In this document: piece after piece, positions 23,422 through 24,000 of the stretch
Position numbering within the stretch: position 1 is the first letter of the stretch
How the letters are laid out: every line of letters starts with the position of its first letter
From: Nitrososphaeraceae archaeon
GTDB lineage: Archaea > Thermoproteota > Nitrososphaeria > Nitrososphaerales > Nitrososphaeraceae
Assembly: GCA_019246625.1 (NCBI GenBank)
Contig: JAFAQB010000431.1
Coordinates: forward strand, 1 to 24,000
Length of the DNA: 24,000 nt
Direction of reading: 5' to 3'
Notes under the pieces: generated by a model
Seen by the model: the letters and a program-made list of their open reading frames with translations, nothing else
What the model was told of the DNA's origin: nothing
Database searches by the model: none
Program-made: the position numbers and the translations under genes

Positions 23422-23855
23422 CTGTCATGGAGAGTTTATTTTATTGATTATTTAGAACTATAAAACAAAAGATGTTGTCTATTTAAGGTTTTATCTATGA
23501 TACTATTTGTTTATCATATGTTGCCAGACTTACCTTGTGCTATCAATCAATTTCAAGTTGTTGGCAGAGAAGATACAGGTAAAACAGTGGTAACGATCAT
23601 TAAATATAGTGTGGTCTCACATTTGGCATCTACAAAATTCAAGTAACTGCCTAAAAATAAGCGAGAGCTGCGTTGTTCTTAGGTCTATATCATAGCATTG
23701 CAACGTCTAGAATATGAATATTAATAAGTATATAGAAAGCCATTCCGAATAGATATTCAAATTACAGCTTACAAAAACTTTTCCATGAATTAGAAAACCT
23801 ATAACTCCAGAAGAACTTTGACCAAATAATTAAATTATTTCTTGTTAAGAAATGT

Positions 23856-24000
23856 TTATTTGTCTATTTCCTCTGATTCTTTGAATGCATCGAATATCTC
23901 AGGGAATCCTTTACCTGCGATTGGTTTTACCTTTGGAAATACTTTAACGATTTTGCCATTTTCATCAATTAGAAAAGTCGATCTATTCACCCCCATATAC
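23856..24000 (-). CDS. Peroxiredoxin (Bcp/thioredoxin-fold), 3' end only (gene starts beyond the right edge)
   Basis: Absent from the ORF track. The minus-strand frame reads ...YMGVNRSTFLIDENGKIVKVFPKVKPIAGKGFPEIFDAFKESEEIDK and stops at TAA (23858-23856). RSTFLIDxxGxIxxVF.KVKP is the usual Bcp C-terminal block. Confidence 0.6.
   Translation of the reverse strand, partial: YMGVNRSTFLIDENGKIVKVFPKVKPIAGKGFPEIFDAFKESEEIDK

Noticed and set aside
23253-23447. 64-aa + strand ORF
   Set aside because: It is fully explained by tRNA-Leu(GAG) at 23337-23421, and the ORF reads straight through the tRNA.
23518-23646. 42-codon ATG ORF (MLPDLPCAINQFQVVGREDTGK...) in the 434-nt gap after tRNA-Leu
   Set aside because: I see no recognisable motif or upstream signal, and it is below any length at which I can call it from sequence alone. 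It is worth a look only if conservation or Ribo-seq supports it.
23837-23853. ATTTCTT-GTT-AAGAAAT hairpin 2 nt after the Bcp stop
   Set aside because: The 7-bp stem is almost pure A/T and very weak. In DNA this AT-rich it is expected by chance, so I do not call it a terminator.
1-24000. CRISPR arrays, rRNA genes, intact IS elements and tRNA introns
   Set aside because: I saw no regularly spaced direct repeats, no rRNA-like conserved stretches and no transposase-length ORF with terminal inverted repeats. Both tRNAs fold without introns.

Overview
AT-rich archaeal chromosome segment. Archaeal RNA polymerase subunit N, uS2, archaeal-type GluRS and isopentenyl-phosphate kinase are all recognisable. 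A Nitrososphaeria/Thaumarchaeota-like ammonia oxidiser is my inference only. There are three zones. (1) 13.6-23.2 kb, minus strand: a tightly packed ten-gene string, rpoN-eno-rps2-Memo-like-mvk-ipk-idi2-GGPP synthase-gltX-FAH hydrolase, with junctions from a 4-nt overlap to 36 nt. (2) 6.0-13.3 kb, less conserved: a small kinase-like gene divergent from a translationally coupled operon (MenG/UbiE-type methyltransferase, unassigned 7-TM protein, chorismate-lyase-fold protein). After that come tRNA-Ala(GGC), a Nudix hydrolase, a 524-aa radical SAM enzyme with a B12-domain-like N-terminus, a small unknown ORF and a ferredoxin-NADP reductase. (3) 1-6 kb: a G+C-rich, bacterial-looking cupin plus aldo/keto-reductase pair, an orphan HTH ORF and a degenerate ~140-bp tandem duplication. 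This zone also holds an M3 peptidase, a truncated tyrosine-integrase pseudogene, an AMMECR1 protein and a long coiled-coil protein. tRNA-Leu(GAG) and the 3' end of a Bcp-type peroxiredoxin close the window. I saw no rRNA, CRISPR array or intact transposase. The best candidates for something undescribed are the methyltransferase/7-TM/lyase-fold operon (possible non-canonical quinone module) and the unassigned radical SAM neighbourhood. Both are hypotheses from motif reading only; no searches were run.
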